NCBI GenBank assembly: GCA_046583195.1
Contig: JAYGCV010000057.1
Coordinates: 13,237-77,236, forward strand
DNA: 64,000 nt
Source of the DNA: Myxococcota bacterium
Lineage (GTDB): Bacteria; Myxococcota_A; UBA9160; UBA4427
Direction of reading: 5' to 3'
A program made the position numbers and the translations under genes. The stretch's first letter is position 1, and every line of letters begins with the position of its first letter. The notes under the pieces were generated by a model that saw only the letters and a list, made by a program, of their open reading frames with translations, was not told the origin of the DNA and made no database searches. Of this stretch, positions 25,786 to 34,835 are shown piece after piece.

Positions 25786-26874
25786 CTATTTCAGGCTCAG
25801 CAGGTAGGAAACGAGTTGATCGAGGGACTCTCCCTCAACGCCCATCGCCGGCATGCGGACTCCCGGCTTCAAGTGATCCGGGTTCAGCACCCAGGCCCGC
25901 AGGGTCTTGGCGTCGAGGGTGCCCACGCCGGCGCCGAGGGTCTGCCGGCTCATCAGGTGGGTGAGATCGGGACCGAACTGCCCGGTGGCGACGGTGCCGC
26001 GCACGGTGTGGCAGTTGATGCAGGCCGTTTCGAGAAATACGCGGCGGCCGTCCGCGACGCGCGGGTCGCTGACGGCATCGCGCTGCTGTTCGCGGACCCA
26101 GCGCTCGAAATCCTTGGGGCTGTGGACGTAGACACGCAGCAGCATGTTGGCGTGCTGGGTCCCGCAATATTCCGAGCACTGGCCGACGTAGAGCCCGGTC
26201 TGAAGCGGCTCGAACCACAGGTGGTTGGTGCGGTTGGGGATGATGTCGGTCTTGCCGGCGAGTCTCGGGATCCAGAAGCTGTGGATCACGTCCTCGGATT
26301 CGAGGGTGAGGAAGGTCGCGCGCCGGGCCCCCGGCCGGTTCACCGGGATATGCAGTTCGTTGGCCGTGGTGATGCCGTATTCCGGGTACTGGAACTCCCA
26401 CCACCACTGGTGCCCGACGGCCGTCACCGCGAGCCAGCCGGCGGGTCGCTTGTCCAACTGGAGCTCAACGATCGCGCGCGCCGTCACCAGGGCCAGGATG
26501 AAGACGATGACCAGCGGGATCACGGTCCAGGCCAGTTCGAGAGAGTTGCTGCCGTAGATCTGCGGCGGCTCGCGATCGTCGTCTTCGTCGCGGCGCCGAA
26601 AGCGGATCACGGTCCACGCGCCGAACCCGACCACGACGACGAAGATGGCGGCACAGATCGCCACGACACCGAGGGAGTAGGCCTGGATCTGGATGGCCGG
26701 GGTCGAGACGCCGGAGAAGATCCCGGTGTCGAAGGTCGACGCTGCGTCGTCCGCGAGTGCGCGCGCCGAAAGGAGCAGCGGAGACGCCAACGCAACGAGC
26801 CCGACGCGCACCGCATCCAACCCGCCCAATCGGGCACGCGGTTCGGGGCATCGGTGACTTCGGTCGAACGGCAT
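25786..26874 (-). CDS. ctaC: Cytochrome c oxidase subunit II with fused C-terminal cytochrome c domain (caa3-type)
   Basis: CuA site HSFWIP...CSEYCGTQHANM plus C-terminal CINCH...RMPAM. ATG 26874 is preceded by GGAGAG. Confidence 0.9.
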   Translation of the reverse strand: MPFDRSHRCPEPRARLGGLDAVRVGLVALASPLLLSARALADDAASTFDTGIFSGVSTPAIQIQAYSLGVVAICAAIFVVVVGFGAWTVIRFRRRDEDDDREPPQIYGSNSLELAWTVIPLVIVFILALVTARAIVELQLDKRPAGWLAVTAVGHQWWWEFQYPEYGITTANELHIPVNRPGARRATFLTLESEDVIHSFWIPRLAGKTDIIPNRTNHLWFEPLQTGLYVGQCSEYCGTQHANMLLRVYVHSPKDFERWVREQQRDAVSDPRVADGRRVFLETACINCHTVRGTVATGQFGPDLTHLMSRQTLGAGVGTLDAKTLRAWVLNPDHLKPGVRMPAMGVEGESLDQLVSYLLSLK

Positions 26875-27038
26875 CGACTCTCCGGGGGGAGGACGCGCTC
26901 CCAATCAACGCAGTCTAACCGGACCCGGTGCTCTGGCTCAAGTCGCCCCGCGGAGTTTCGCCAGCTTTCGGGGCCGAGGTGCTAGGGTGAAAGTCGTCGG
27001 ATCGATTCGGCACGCCGACTGGGGAGGCACGAAACGCC

Positions 27039-28637
27039 ATGATCCATCGAATCCGCGGCTACGTGTTGCCGATCCTCCTGCTGGCGGTGCTCGGGTTTGC
27101 TGGCCTGTGCGCGGTCGACGGCCGCTTCGGTTGGGTGCTCGCGGTGTTGGTGCCGCTTGCGGTGCTCGGCGTCCACGACCACGTCCAGACCCGTCACAGC
27201 ATCCTGCGCAACTACCCGATCCTCGGGCACCTGCGTTTCCTGCTCGAGGACATGGGGCCGGAACTCCACCAGTACATGGTGGAAAGCAACACCGACGGGG
27301 CCCCCTTCGACCGCGACCATCGCACCTTGATGTACGAGCGGGCAAAGAACGTCGAAGACACCAAGCCCTTCGGCACGGAGTTGAAGGTCTACGCGTCCGG
27401 CTATGCCTGGCTGACCCAGTCGATCGCTCCGCGTCCGGTTCCCGAGCGTCCCTCGGAGACGTTGCGGGTGCTGGTGGGAGCCGAACGCGCCCATCCCTAC
27501 GACGCCTCGATCTTGAACATCTCGGCCATGAGCTTCGGCGCGCTCTCCGCCAACGCGATTATGGCGCTCAACCGGGGGGCGAAGCGCGGTGGTTTCGCCC
27601 ACGACACCGGGGAGGGTGGTTACAGTCGCCATCACAAACAGGGCGGCGACATCATCTACCAGGTGGGGACCGGCTACTTCGGCTGTCGTACCGAAGACGG
27701 GCACTTCGATGCTGCCACGTTCCGGGAAACCGCGAGCGACTCGCACGTCAAGATGATCGAGATCAAGATCTCCCAGGGCGCAAAGCCCGGACACGGGGGG
27801 ATCCTGCCGGGATCGAAGGTGACCGAGGAGATCGCGGCGGCGCGGGGCGTAGCGCCCGGGGTCGACTGCATGTCGCCGACCGGGCACAGCGCCTTCTCGA
27901 CACCGCTCGAGTTGCTCGACTTCGTGGTGCAGCTGCGCGAGCTATCGGGCGACAAGCCCGTGGGCATGAAACTCTGCGTGGGCTCGATTCGTGAACTGAT
28001 GGCGATCGCCAAGGCCATGGTGGAGACGGGGATCGTTCCCGACTTCATCACCGTGGACGGAGCCGAGGGCGGGACCGGGGCCGCTCCGGTGGAGTTCACC
28101 AACCACATGGGGATGCCGCTGCGAGAAGGGCTACTGCTGGTCCACAACACCCTGGTCGGGATCGGGGTGCGCGACCGATTGCGGATCGCGGCGAGCGGCA
28201 AGCGGGTCACGGGTTTCGATTTGTCTGTGGCTTTCGCGTTGGGCGCCGATTGGTGCAACGTGGCGCGGGGCTTCATGTTCTCGCTGGGCTGCATCCAGTC
28301 CCAGCGCTGTCACACGAACACCTGCCCGGTGGGCGTTGCGACGCAGGATGCCGGGCTGCAACGTGCGTTGGTGGTCGAAGACAAGGAGATGCGGGCCTAC
28401 CAGTTTCACCGCAACACCGTGCGGGCCCTGGCCGAGGTGGTGGCCGCCTGTGGTCTCGATCACCCTTCCGAATTGACGCCGGCGCACATCATGCTGCGGA
28501 TCAACGAGTTTGAAATTCGCTCGCTCGATCGTCTGCACACCTTCTTCGAACCCGGTCAGCTGGTCGAAGGAAATGTTCCGAACTTCCTGAAGGACGCCTG
28601 GGCGGCGGCGCGACCCGATCGCTTTGGGCCCGCCTGA
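27039..28637 (+). CDS. FMN-binding glutamate-synthase-family (GltB central domain-like) protein with N-terminal TM helices
   Basis: ISAMSFGALS, KISQGAKPGHGGILPG, DGAEGGTGAAP and a C-terminal Cys cluster (CIQSQRCHTNTCPVGVATQ). Two hydrophobic helices at the N-terminus. Confidence 0.85.
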   Translation: MIHRIRGYVLPILLLAVLGFAGLCAVDGRFGWVLAVLVPLAVLGVHDHVQTRHSILRNYPILGHLRFLLEDMGPELHQYMVESNTDGAPFDRDHRTLMYERAKNVEDTKPFGTELKVYASGYAWLTQSIAPRPVPERPSETLRVLVGAERAHPYDASILNISAMSFGALSANAIMALNRGAKRGGFAHDTGEGGYSRHHKQGGDIIYQVGTGYFGCRTEDGHFDAATFRETASDSHVKMIEIKISQGAKPGHGGILPGSKVTEEIAAARGVAPGVDCMSPTGHSAFSTPLELLDFVVQLRELSGDKPVGMKLCVGSIRELMAIAKAMVETGIVPDFITVDGAEGGTGAAPVEFTNHMGMPLREGLLLVHNTLVGIGVRDRLRIAASGKRVTGFDLSVAFALGADWCNVARGFMFSLGCIQSQRCHTNTCPVGVATQDAGLQRALVVEDKEMRAYQFHRNTVRALAEVVAACGLDHPSELTPAHIMLRINEFEIRSLDRLHTFFEPGQLVEGNVPNFLKDAWAAARPDRFGPA

Positions 28638-28676
28638 GACGGGCGCCCGCAGCCGTCACCGAGAGGGGAATTGCGC

Positions 28677-30422
28677 GTGAGCCAGAACGTGTGCCAGAGC
28701 CTGCTGGATATCCTGGCCGACGCGGGTGCCCGGGACATCTTCGGGGTGACCGGGGATGCGCTCAACTCGCTTCTCGAAGAGATCCGCACCGACGACCGCT
28801 TTCGCTGGATCGGCGTGCGCCACGAGGAGGCCGCCGGCTACGCCGCCCACGCCCAGTCCCAACTCACTGGCGGGATCGGAGTCTGCGCGGGGACAACGGG
28901 GCCCGGCGCGCTGCACCTGATCAACGGGCTCTACAGCGCCAAAAAGGATGGCGGGGCGGTGGTGGCTATCACCGGCCAGATACCGCGGGCGAAGCGCGGC
29001 AGCGACTTCCACAAGGAAGTCGACCTGATGAAGATGTTCGATGACATCTGCGACTACCAGGTGGCGATCGAAACGCCCGCGCAGATGCCGCGCATGGCCG
29101 AAATCGCGGTGCAGAAGGCGCTGAACGAGCGCTGTGTCGTTCGCATCGAAATCGCCCACGATGTCATCGGAAACGATCTGCCGAGCCAACACTTTCGGCA
29201 CCCCCTGGTCCACTCCGAGCCGGTGGTGACGCCAAAGTCGGGCGAGCTCGAGCGCGCCGCCGAGATCTTGAACGCCGGCAAGAAGGTGGCGCTCTTTTGC
29301 GGCGTGGGCTGCCGCGCTTGTCCCGAGTTGGTGCTCGAACTCGCCGAGAAGTTGCAGGCTCCGTTGGTGCATACCCTGCGGGCGAAGGACATCTTCGACT
29401 ACGGCGAGGGCAACGTCGTTGGAATGACCGGGCTGATCGGCAATCCGTCGGGCTACCACGCAATCTGGGACTGCGACACGCTGCTGATGCTGGGGACCGA
29501 TTTTCCCTACGACGAGTTCCTTCCGGACGGCCGGCCGATCATCCAGGTGGATCGCGACGTCTCGCACATCGGCCGCCGCGTGCCGGTTTCGCTCGGGCTC
29601 GTGGGCAACGTCAAGGAGACCGTCGAAGCCCTGCTGCCGCGGATCGACTCCCCTGGCTCGGGCCATTACCTCTCGCACCTGGTAAAACTGCGCGACAAGT
29701 GGCTCGTGCAGATGGACGAGCAGGCGGCTCTCTCGCGCACGGACGAACCCCTGCACCCCCAACTCTTCATGAAGCAGGTGAGTGACAAGGCTTCCGAGGA
29801 CGCGTTCTTCGCGGTCGACGTCGGCGAGTGCACGGTGTGGGTTGCGCGGCAACTGCGTATGAAGGGCGCGCGGCGCATGGAGTGCTCCTTCAATCACGGC
29901 TCCCTCGGCGCCGGCCTCCCCCTGGCGCTCGGTGGAGCGGCCCTTGACCCCGCGCGGCAGGTCTGGGTGATCTGCGGGGACGGCGGCTTTGGCATGTCGA
30001 TGAACGACTTCGTGACGGCCGTTCGCTACGACTGGCCGATCAAGGTGCTGGTCTTCAACAACAGCGAATTCGGCTTCGTCAAGATGGAGATGGAGGTGTC
30101 GGGACTGCCCAGCTACCCCGAGGCCACCGGGCTCGTGAACCCCGATTTTGCAGCCTTCGCGAAAGCCTGTGGCGGCGACGGTGTGCGGGTCGAGCACGCG
30201 GCGGACATCCCCGCCGCCATCGATCAGGCAATCGCCTCGAAAAAGCCCTTCATCATCGACGCTGTCGTCAGTCCGGGCGAACTGACGATGCCCCCCACCA
30301 TCACCGTCAAAGAGGCCTTCGGCTTTGGCATTTCGAAGGTGAAGGAAGGGCTGATGGGCTTGCGCGGCGATCATGATGTCTGGAAGAACTGGCGTGACGA
30401 ATTCCGCGCCAACGTGCGTTGA
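28677..30422 (+). CDS. Thiamine-diphosphate-dependent pyruvate oxidase / pyruvate:quinone dehydrogenase-like enzyme (PoxB-like)
   Basis: N-terminus IFGVTGDALNSLLEE...HEEAAGYAA...GTTGPGALHLINGLY. TPP motif GDGGFGMSMNDF...NN. GTG 28677 is preferred over TTG 28671 because of its spacing from GAGAGGGG. Confidence 0.85.
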   Translation: MSQNVCQSLLDILADAGARDIFGVTGDALNSLLEEIRTDDRFRWIGVRHEEAAGYAAHAQSQLTGGIGVCAGTTGPGALHLINGLYSAKKDGGAVVAITGQIPRAKRGSDFHKEVDLMKMFDDICDYQVAIETPAQMPRMAEIAVQKALNERCVVRIEIAHDVIGNDLPSQHFRHPLVHSEPVVTPKSGELERAAEILNAGKKVALFCGVGCRACPELVLELAEKLQAPLVHTLRAKDIFDYGEGNVVGMTGLIGNPSGYHAIWDCDTLLMLGTDFPYDEFLPDGRPIIQVDRDVSHIGRRVPVSLGLVGNVKETVEALLPRIDSPGSGHYLSHLVKLRDKWLVQMDEQAALSRTDEPLHPQLFMKQVSDKASEDAFFAVDVGECTVWVARQLRMKGARRMECSFNHGSLGAGLPLALGGAALDPARQVWVICGDGGFGMSMNDFVTAVRYDWPIKVLVFNNSEFGFVKMEMEVSGLPSYPEATGLVNPDFAAFAKACGGDGVRVEHAADIPAAIDQAIASKKPFIIDAVVSPGELTMPPTITVKEAFGFGISKVKEGLMGLRGDHDVWKNWRDEFRANVR

Positions 30423-30428
30423 GACCCA

Positions 30429-30863
30429 TTGGTGGCTGCCGACTCGAAAACGATTTTCGCGGGCGGAGGTCTGGTCTGGAGGGAGGGGGGCGGCGCCAGC
30501 GCATTCGAAGTGCTGCTGGTCCACCGTCCGCGCTATGACGACTGGTCGTTTCCGAAAGGGCACCGCGACCCCGATGAGAGTGATGGGGCCTGTGCGCTTC
30601 GCGAGGTTCTGGAGGAGACCGGCCTTCGCTGCGTTCTCGGCGTGGAACTGGAGACGGTCCGGTACAGCGATCCGCAGGGGCGCCCGAAGCAGGTCCGCTA
30701 CTTCGCGATGCAGGTCGAATCCGGGGATTTCCTTCCGAACGATGAGGTCGACAGGATCTGCTGGCTCGAGCTTGCGGCGGCACGCTCTCGCCTGAGCCAG
30801 CCCGGCGACGCGGGTCCGCTGGCTTGCCTTGGCAGCCTGCTGCAAGGGGCCGTCGATGTCTGA
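30429..30863 (+). CDS. NUDIX hydrolase
   Basis: Complete Nudix box GHRDPDESDGACALREVLEETGL (G-x5-E-x7-REUxEExGU). Confidence 0.85.
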   Translation: MVAADSKTIFAGGGLVWREGGGASAFEVLLVHRPRYDDWSFPKGHRDPDESDGACALREVLEETGLRCVLGVELETVRYSDPQGRPKQVRYFAMQVESGDFLPNDEVDRICWLELAAARSRLSQPGDAGPLACLGSLLQGAVDV

Positions 30864-32082
30864 CGCGGTCCTTGCTCCTTTGGGACAGGTCGTCGCCTGT
30901 CGCGACTGTGACGGCGTGCAGTGTGTGCCCGACCAGCCCTGGGGCGGGAACTTTTCGTGTTTCCGATGCGGCGGTGTTTTGGTTCAGCGCCGCCACCGGG
31001 ATCTCGACTTCTTCCTGGCGGTGACCTTGGGGCTCGCGGTGCTCTTCTTCCTCGCCGCGAGCCAGACCTTCCTGACGATCGAAGTCCACGGCACCAGTCA
31101 AGATTGCACGATGTACAGCGGTGTCCTGGCACTCGCCGACGCTGGCTTCATCGGGTTGGCGGGCCTGGTCGGCTTCACCCTCTTTGGGGCTCCTTGCGCT
31201 CGGATCATCGGGCTGCTCTACGTGCTCGTGCCGCTGCGCGCCGGAAGACTGGCCCCGCGGACTGCGGAGGTTTTTCGCTGGGTCCAAAAGCTGGGTCCCT
31301 GGGCGATGCTCGACGTGCTCGTGCTGGCGGTGATCGTTGCCGCGGTGAAGCTCGGCGAGCTGGCGAGCATCGAACTCGGTCCCGGGATGGCTGCGTTCCT
31401 CGGGTTGGTGGTGTTGTGGACCGTTTCACGCGACCGACTCGATCCGACGTGGGTCTTCGAGGCCGTTGCCCCCACGGTTTCCGGAGTGGGTCCGGGCCGC
31501 ACCGCTTGTGCGGTCTGTGGTCAGGGGGTTGCCCTTGACGGCGGAGACGTTCAGAAGTGTTCGCGCTGCGGGGGGCGTGTGCATGCCCGAAAGCCCGACA
31601 GCCTGGCGCGGACGACGGCTCTCGTGGCCGGCGCAGCGCTGCTGTATGTCCCGGCGAATTTCTATCCGATCCTCAATTTTGAGACTCTCGGTGTTTCGGG
31701 TCCCCAGACGATTCTGTCTTCGGTGGGAATCCTGTTCGCGTCCGGGATGTGGCCCATCGCATCGATTCTCTTCTTTGCGAGTATCCTCGTGCCGCTGTTC
31801 AAGTTGGTTGGCCTCTCCACCCTGATCGCGGTGGTGCGCCGGGGCTCCGGCCGACCGGTGGAGGCGACGCGCATGTTTCGACTGATCGACTACATCGGGC
31901 GTTGGTCGATGATCGACGTGCTGGTGTTGGCGCTGCTGGTTTCCCTGGTGCAGATGGGCAGCGTGGCGACGATCACCCCGGGCATCGGGGCGACCTGTTT
32001 CGGGGCCGTCGTGGTCCTTACTATTCTTGGAGCCCAGAGCTTCGATCCGAGGCTGATCTGGGACACCCGGAGGAAGGCATGA
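30856..32082 (+). CDS. pqiA: Paraquat-inducible protein A (PqiA) family, duplicated module
   Basis: Two Zn-ribbon-like CxxC pairs (CRDCDG...CFRCGG and CAVCGQ...CSRCGG), each followed by TM helices and the W(A/S)M(L/I)DV motif. ATG 30856 overlaps the Nudix gene by 8 nt. Confidence 0.85.
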   Translation: MSDAVLAPLGQVVACRDCDGVQCVPDQPWGGNFSCFRCGGVLVQRRHRDLDFFLAVTLGLAVLFFLAASQTFLTIEVHGTSQDCTMYSGVLALADAGFIGLAGLVGFTLFGAPCARIIGLLYVLVPLRAGRLAPRTAEVFRWVQKLGPWAMLDVLVLAVIVAAVKLGELASIELGPGMAAFLGLVVLWTVSRDRLDPTWVFEAVAPTVSGVGPGRTACAVCGQGVALDGGDVQKCSRCGGRVHARKPDSLARTTALVAGAALLYVPANFYPILNFETLGVSGPQTILSSVGILFASGMWPIASILFFASILVPLFKLVGLSTLIAVVRRGSGRPVEATRMFRLIDYIGRWSMIDVLVLALLVSLVQMGSVATITPGIGATCFGAVVVLTILGAQSFDPRLIWDTRRKA

Positions 32083-33470
32083 GCGAGGCAGGCGAAACGA
32101 TTCCCGAGGCGCAATTGCAGGCACAGCGGGGCTTCCGGATGATCTGGCTGATTCCGATCGTGGCGCTGCTAGCGGGCGCCTGGCTCGGCTGGCAGACGCT
32201 CTCGAGTCGTGGGCCCGGGTTCGCGATCAATTTTCGCGTGGCCCACGGCATCGTTCCCGGAAAGACGGTGATTCGGTATCGCGATGTCGATGTGGGGATC
32301 GTCGAGGCGGTGGACGTGTCGAGCGACCTCTCCTACGTGGTGGTGGAGGCACGGGTCAATCCGTTGATGGGCAAGCACCTCGTCGAGGGCACGCGCTTCT
32401 GGGTGGTGCGGCCGCGAGTCGGAGCGGGCGGTATTTCGGGTCTGTCGACCCTGATTTCGGGGGCTTACATCGGGATGGATGTGGGGCCGGAGGGGGGGCG
32501 GGAGGTGCGCAGCTTTCGGGGCATCGAGATTCCCCCGATCGACGTGGCCGGGGAGAGGGGGCTCTCACTAGAACTCGAGACGAGCGCACTCAAAGGGATC
32601 GGAAGCGGTTCGCCGATCTTCTATCGCAACATCAACGTGGGCGAGGTGATTCGATACGAACTCGACCCGAAGGACCCCACGCGCATCCAGCTGCACGTGC
32701 TGGTTCATGAGAAATTTGCGTCCCTGGTCAATTCGGGAACCCGCTTCTGGAATGCCAGTGGGCTCGATGTGGCGGTGGGGCTCGATGGTGTCACTGTCGA
32801 CGTCGAGTCGATCCAGTCGCTGCTGATCGGAGGGATCGCCTTTGACACCGTTGCGGCGAAGGGCGCGGTGGCCGAGAAGGGCGCGCACTACGAGGTCTAT
32901 GCCAGCCGCCAGGCGGCCGTGGCCGCGGTGGAAGAGGTCGGGGGTCTTCGTTTCGTCCTCGACGCTGCCGAACTCGGCTCGATCGAGGTGGGGGACGCGG
33001 TCACCTACCGCGAGGAGCGCGTGGGACGCGTCGTCGACCAGTCGCTGCATGACGATTCGCGCTCGGTGGGCATCCTGGTCGAAATCGACCGACGATACGC
33101 TCCGCTGGTGCGGACGAATTCGGTGTTCTGGAACGCGAGCGGCATCAGCGGAGGCTTCGGTCTTGGCGGGGTGACGGTTCATACCGAGTCTCTCGAGGCG
33201 CTTTTGCGAGGCGGCGTTGCCTTTGCGACGCCCGATCGCCCGGGGGCGCGCGCGAAATCGGGGTCGGTCTTCAGTCTCCACAGCGAGGCACAGGACGGAT
33301 GGCGAGGCTGGGCGCCGCGGATCTGGATCGGTCGCGGCCGGGACCCTGCGGCTTTGAAGCCTTCTGCGGCGGCGGCACCGGAAAAGGAGGAGCGCGTCAG
33401 CCCACTTTCGAAAAGTGGCCGCACCGAGGGCTACGGCGGCTTGATGCGCCACCGCGGGATGAAGCGCTGA
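32079..33470 (+). CDS. pqiB: PqiB-like MCE-domain protein (three MCE repeats)
   Basis: N-terminal TM helix, then three repeats of the pattern G..V.YR...VG.V / T.FW (GKTVIRYRDVDVGIV...TRFWVV; GSPIFYRNINVGEV...TRFWNA; GDAVTYREERVGRV...SVFWNA). ATG 32079 overlaps the pqiA stop (ATGA). Confidence 0.85.
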   Translation: MSEAGETIPEAQLQAQRGFRMIWLIPIVALLAGAWLGWQTLSSRGPGFAINFRVAHGIVPGKTVIRYRDVDVGIVEAVDVSSDLSYVVVEARVNPLMGKHLVEGTRFWVVRPRVGAGGISGLSTLISGAYIGMDVGPEGGREVRSFRGIEIPPIDVAGERGLSLELETSALKGIGSGSPIFYRNINVGEVIRYELDPKDPTRIQLHVLVHEKFASLVNSGTRFWNASGLDVAVGLDGVTVDVESIQSLLIGGIAFDTVAAKGAVAEKGAHYEVYASRQAAVAAVEEVGGLRFVLDAAELGSIEVGDAVTYREERVGRVVDQSLHDDSRSVGILVEIDRRYAPLVRTNSVFWNASGISGGFGLGGVTVHTESLEALLRGGVAFATPDRPGARAKSGSVFSLHSEAQDGWRGWAPRIWIGRGRDPAALKPSAAAAPEKEERVSPLSKSGRTEGYGGLMRHRGMKR

Positions 33471-33485
33471 AACGGGCCCGCGGCA

Positions 33486-34691
33486 TCAGGGGGCCCCTCG
33501 AAACGCCGGATCTTCCGATGTGCCGACGGCGACCGCCGCGGGATCGCGCGGAGACAGCCGCCCGTCCGGGTCCAGGTCAAAGAGCAGTCCGCGCCATTCG
33601 AGTTCGCGCGCTCGCAAGGCAGTGAGCCAACTGCCGAGGGCCGCGAGGTCGCGCAGCGGCAGCCAACCAAGATTGCGCATGGCCTCGACGTCGCCAAAGG
33701 CCCGGGCCGTGAGCGCGACGGTGCCCCAGCGGATCGCGAGTGCGGTCGCGAGGACCGTGACGCCGACCGCGTCGAAACCGCGCAGTGCAGCGAGTGCAAG
33801 GGCCGCGGGTAGGGACCGGATCAGGATCGTCGCGATGAAGGCCAGCGGGCGCGCCGCCCGGGTGTTCTGGTCCCAGTAGACCATGTGTCGCCACCAGCTG
33901 TGCCGATCCGGGAGGTCGATCACCGTCTCAACGAGGTCAGGCAGGAAAGCCGGACGGAGTCCGAGCCCTGTCATCCGCTGGCCCATCTCGTAGTCCTCTA
34001 CCAAATAGTCCTGGAGCGCTTCAAAGCCTCCGATCGCGTCGAGTTCGCTGCGCCGAAAGGCGACTGAACCGCCCAGCAGGAAGCCCGAGGCGCCGGTCAT
34101 CCACGCGAAGACCACCTGCGTGGTGTAGTCGTGGAGCGAGAGCAGTTCGAGGCGCTCGTACCAGCGCTCGGCGTGGACTCCCTTGTAGGGGGTACAGACG
34201 TAGCCGACGCCGGGATCCCGAAGCGGCGCCGTGATGCGGCGGAGGTAGCTGGGAGGGATTTCGATGTCGCTATCGCTGATCACGATCTGCTCGTGACGTA
34301 CGGCGGGCATTGCCCCCACGAGGTTGTGGATCTTGCCGTTGGGCATGGGTGCGCGTTCGGCGATGGCGATGGCCACGCGCGCGGGGCCGTATTCGGCCTG
34401 CAATCGGTAGAGCAGGGGGAGCGTCGAGTCTTCTTTGTGTTGCACCGAGAAGACCACCTGGAAATCCGGGTGATCTTGCTCGCAACAGCTGCGAAGGTTT
34501 TCCTCGAGGCGTTTCTCCTGGCCACAGACGGGCTTCAGGAGCGAGACGGGAGAGCAGGCTTCCGGGGCCAGGGGAATGCTGCGTCGGCGCCGGAAGAGCC
34601 ACGCCGCGGGAACCGTGAGCAGTGCGAATGCGCTGCCGGAAACCACGGGTACGGCGAGTACCCACTGGAGCGCTTGCACGAGGACTTCCAT
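33486..34691 (-). CDS. Glycosyltransferase, ceramide-glucosyltransferase / HpnI-like (GT21-type GT2)
   Basis: N-terminal TM, VSLLKPVCG, VISDSDIEIP (DxD) and C-terminal TM helices. ATG at 34691. The 245-codon upstream extension in the ORF track overlaps the divergent ferritin-like gene. Confidence 0.8.
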   Translation of the reverse strand: MEVLVQALQWVLAVPVVSGSAFALLTVPAAWLFRRRRSIPLAPEACSPVSLLKPVCGQEKRLEENLRSCCEQDHPDFQVVFSVQHKEDSTLPLLYRLQAEYGPARVAIAIAERAPMPNGKIHNLVGAMPAVRHEQIVISDSDIEIPPSYLRRITAPLRDPGVGYVCTPYKGVHAERWYERLELLSLHDYTTQVVFAWMTGASGFLLGGSVAFRRSELDAIGGFEALQDYLVEDYEMGQRMTGLGLRPAFLPDLVETVIDLPDRHSWWRHMVYWDQNTRAARPLAFIATILIRSLPAALALAALRGFDAVGVTVLATALAIRWGTVALTARAFGDVEAMRNLGWLPLRDLAALGSWLTALRARELEWRGLLFDLDPDGRLSPRDPAAVAVGTSEDPAFRGAP

Positions 34692-34835
34692 TCGCAGGCA
34701 GCCTAGCATCGGGTTTTTGCGAAGATCGCGTGGCGGGCGTTCCTTTGCCCCCCGGACCTCGCGGGCTAGACTGCGCCGGCCCGCGAGACGCCATCGGCAT
34801 CGGGGGAACCTTTCGCCGCAGGAGATTCCCAGGCC

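Noticed and set aside
24264-25964. 566-aa plus-strand ORF antisense to ctaD
   Set aside because: ctaD on the minus strand is unambiguous. The antisense product is extremely acidic and His/Gly-rich with no fold-like pattern.
28656-30845. 729-aa minus-strand ORF, longer than the PoxB-like gene it overlaps
   Set aside because: It is antisense to two well-supported genes (PoxB-like with TPP motifs, and Nudix). The translation is Arg/Ala/Gly/His-rich with no recognisable motif. Stop-free antisense frames are expected in very GC-rich coding DNA.
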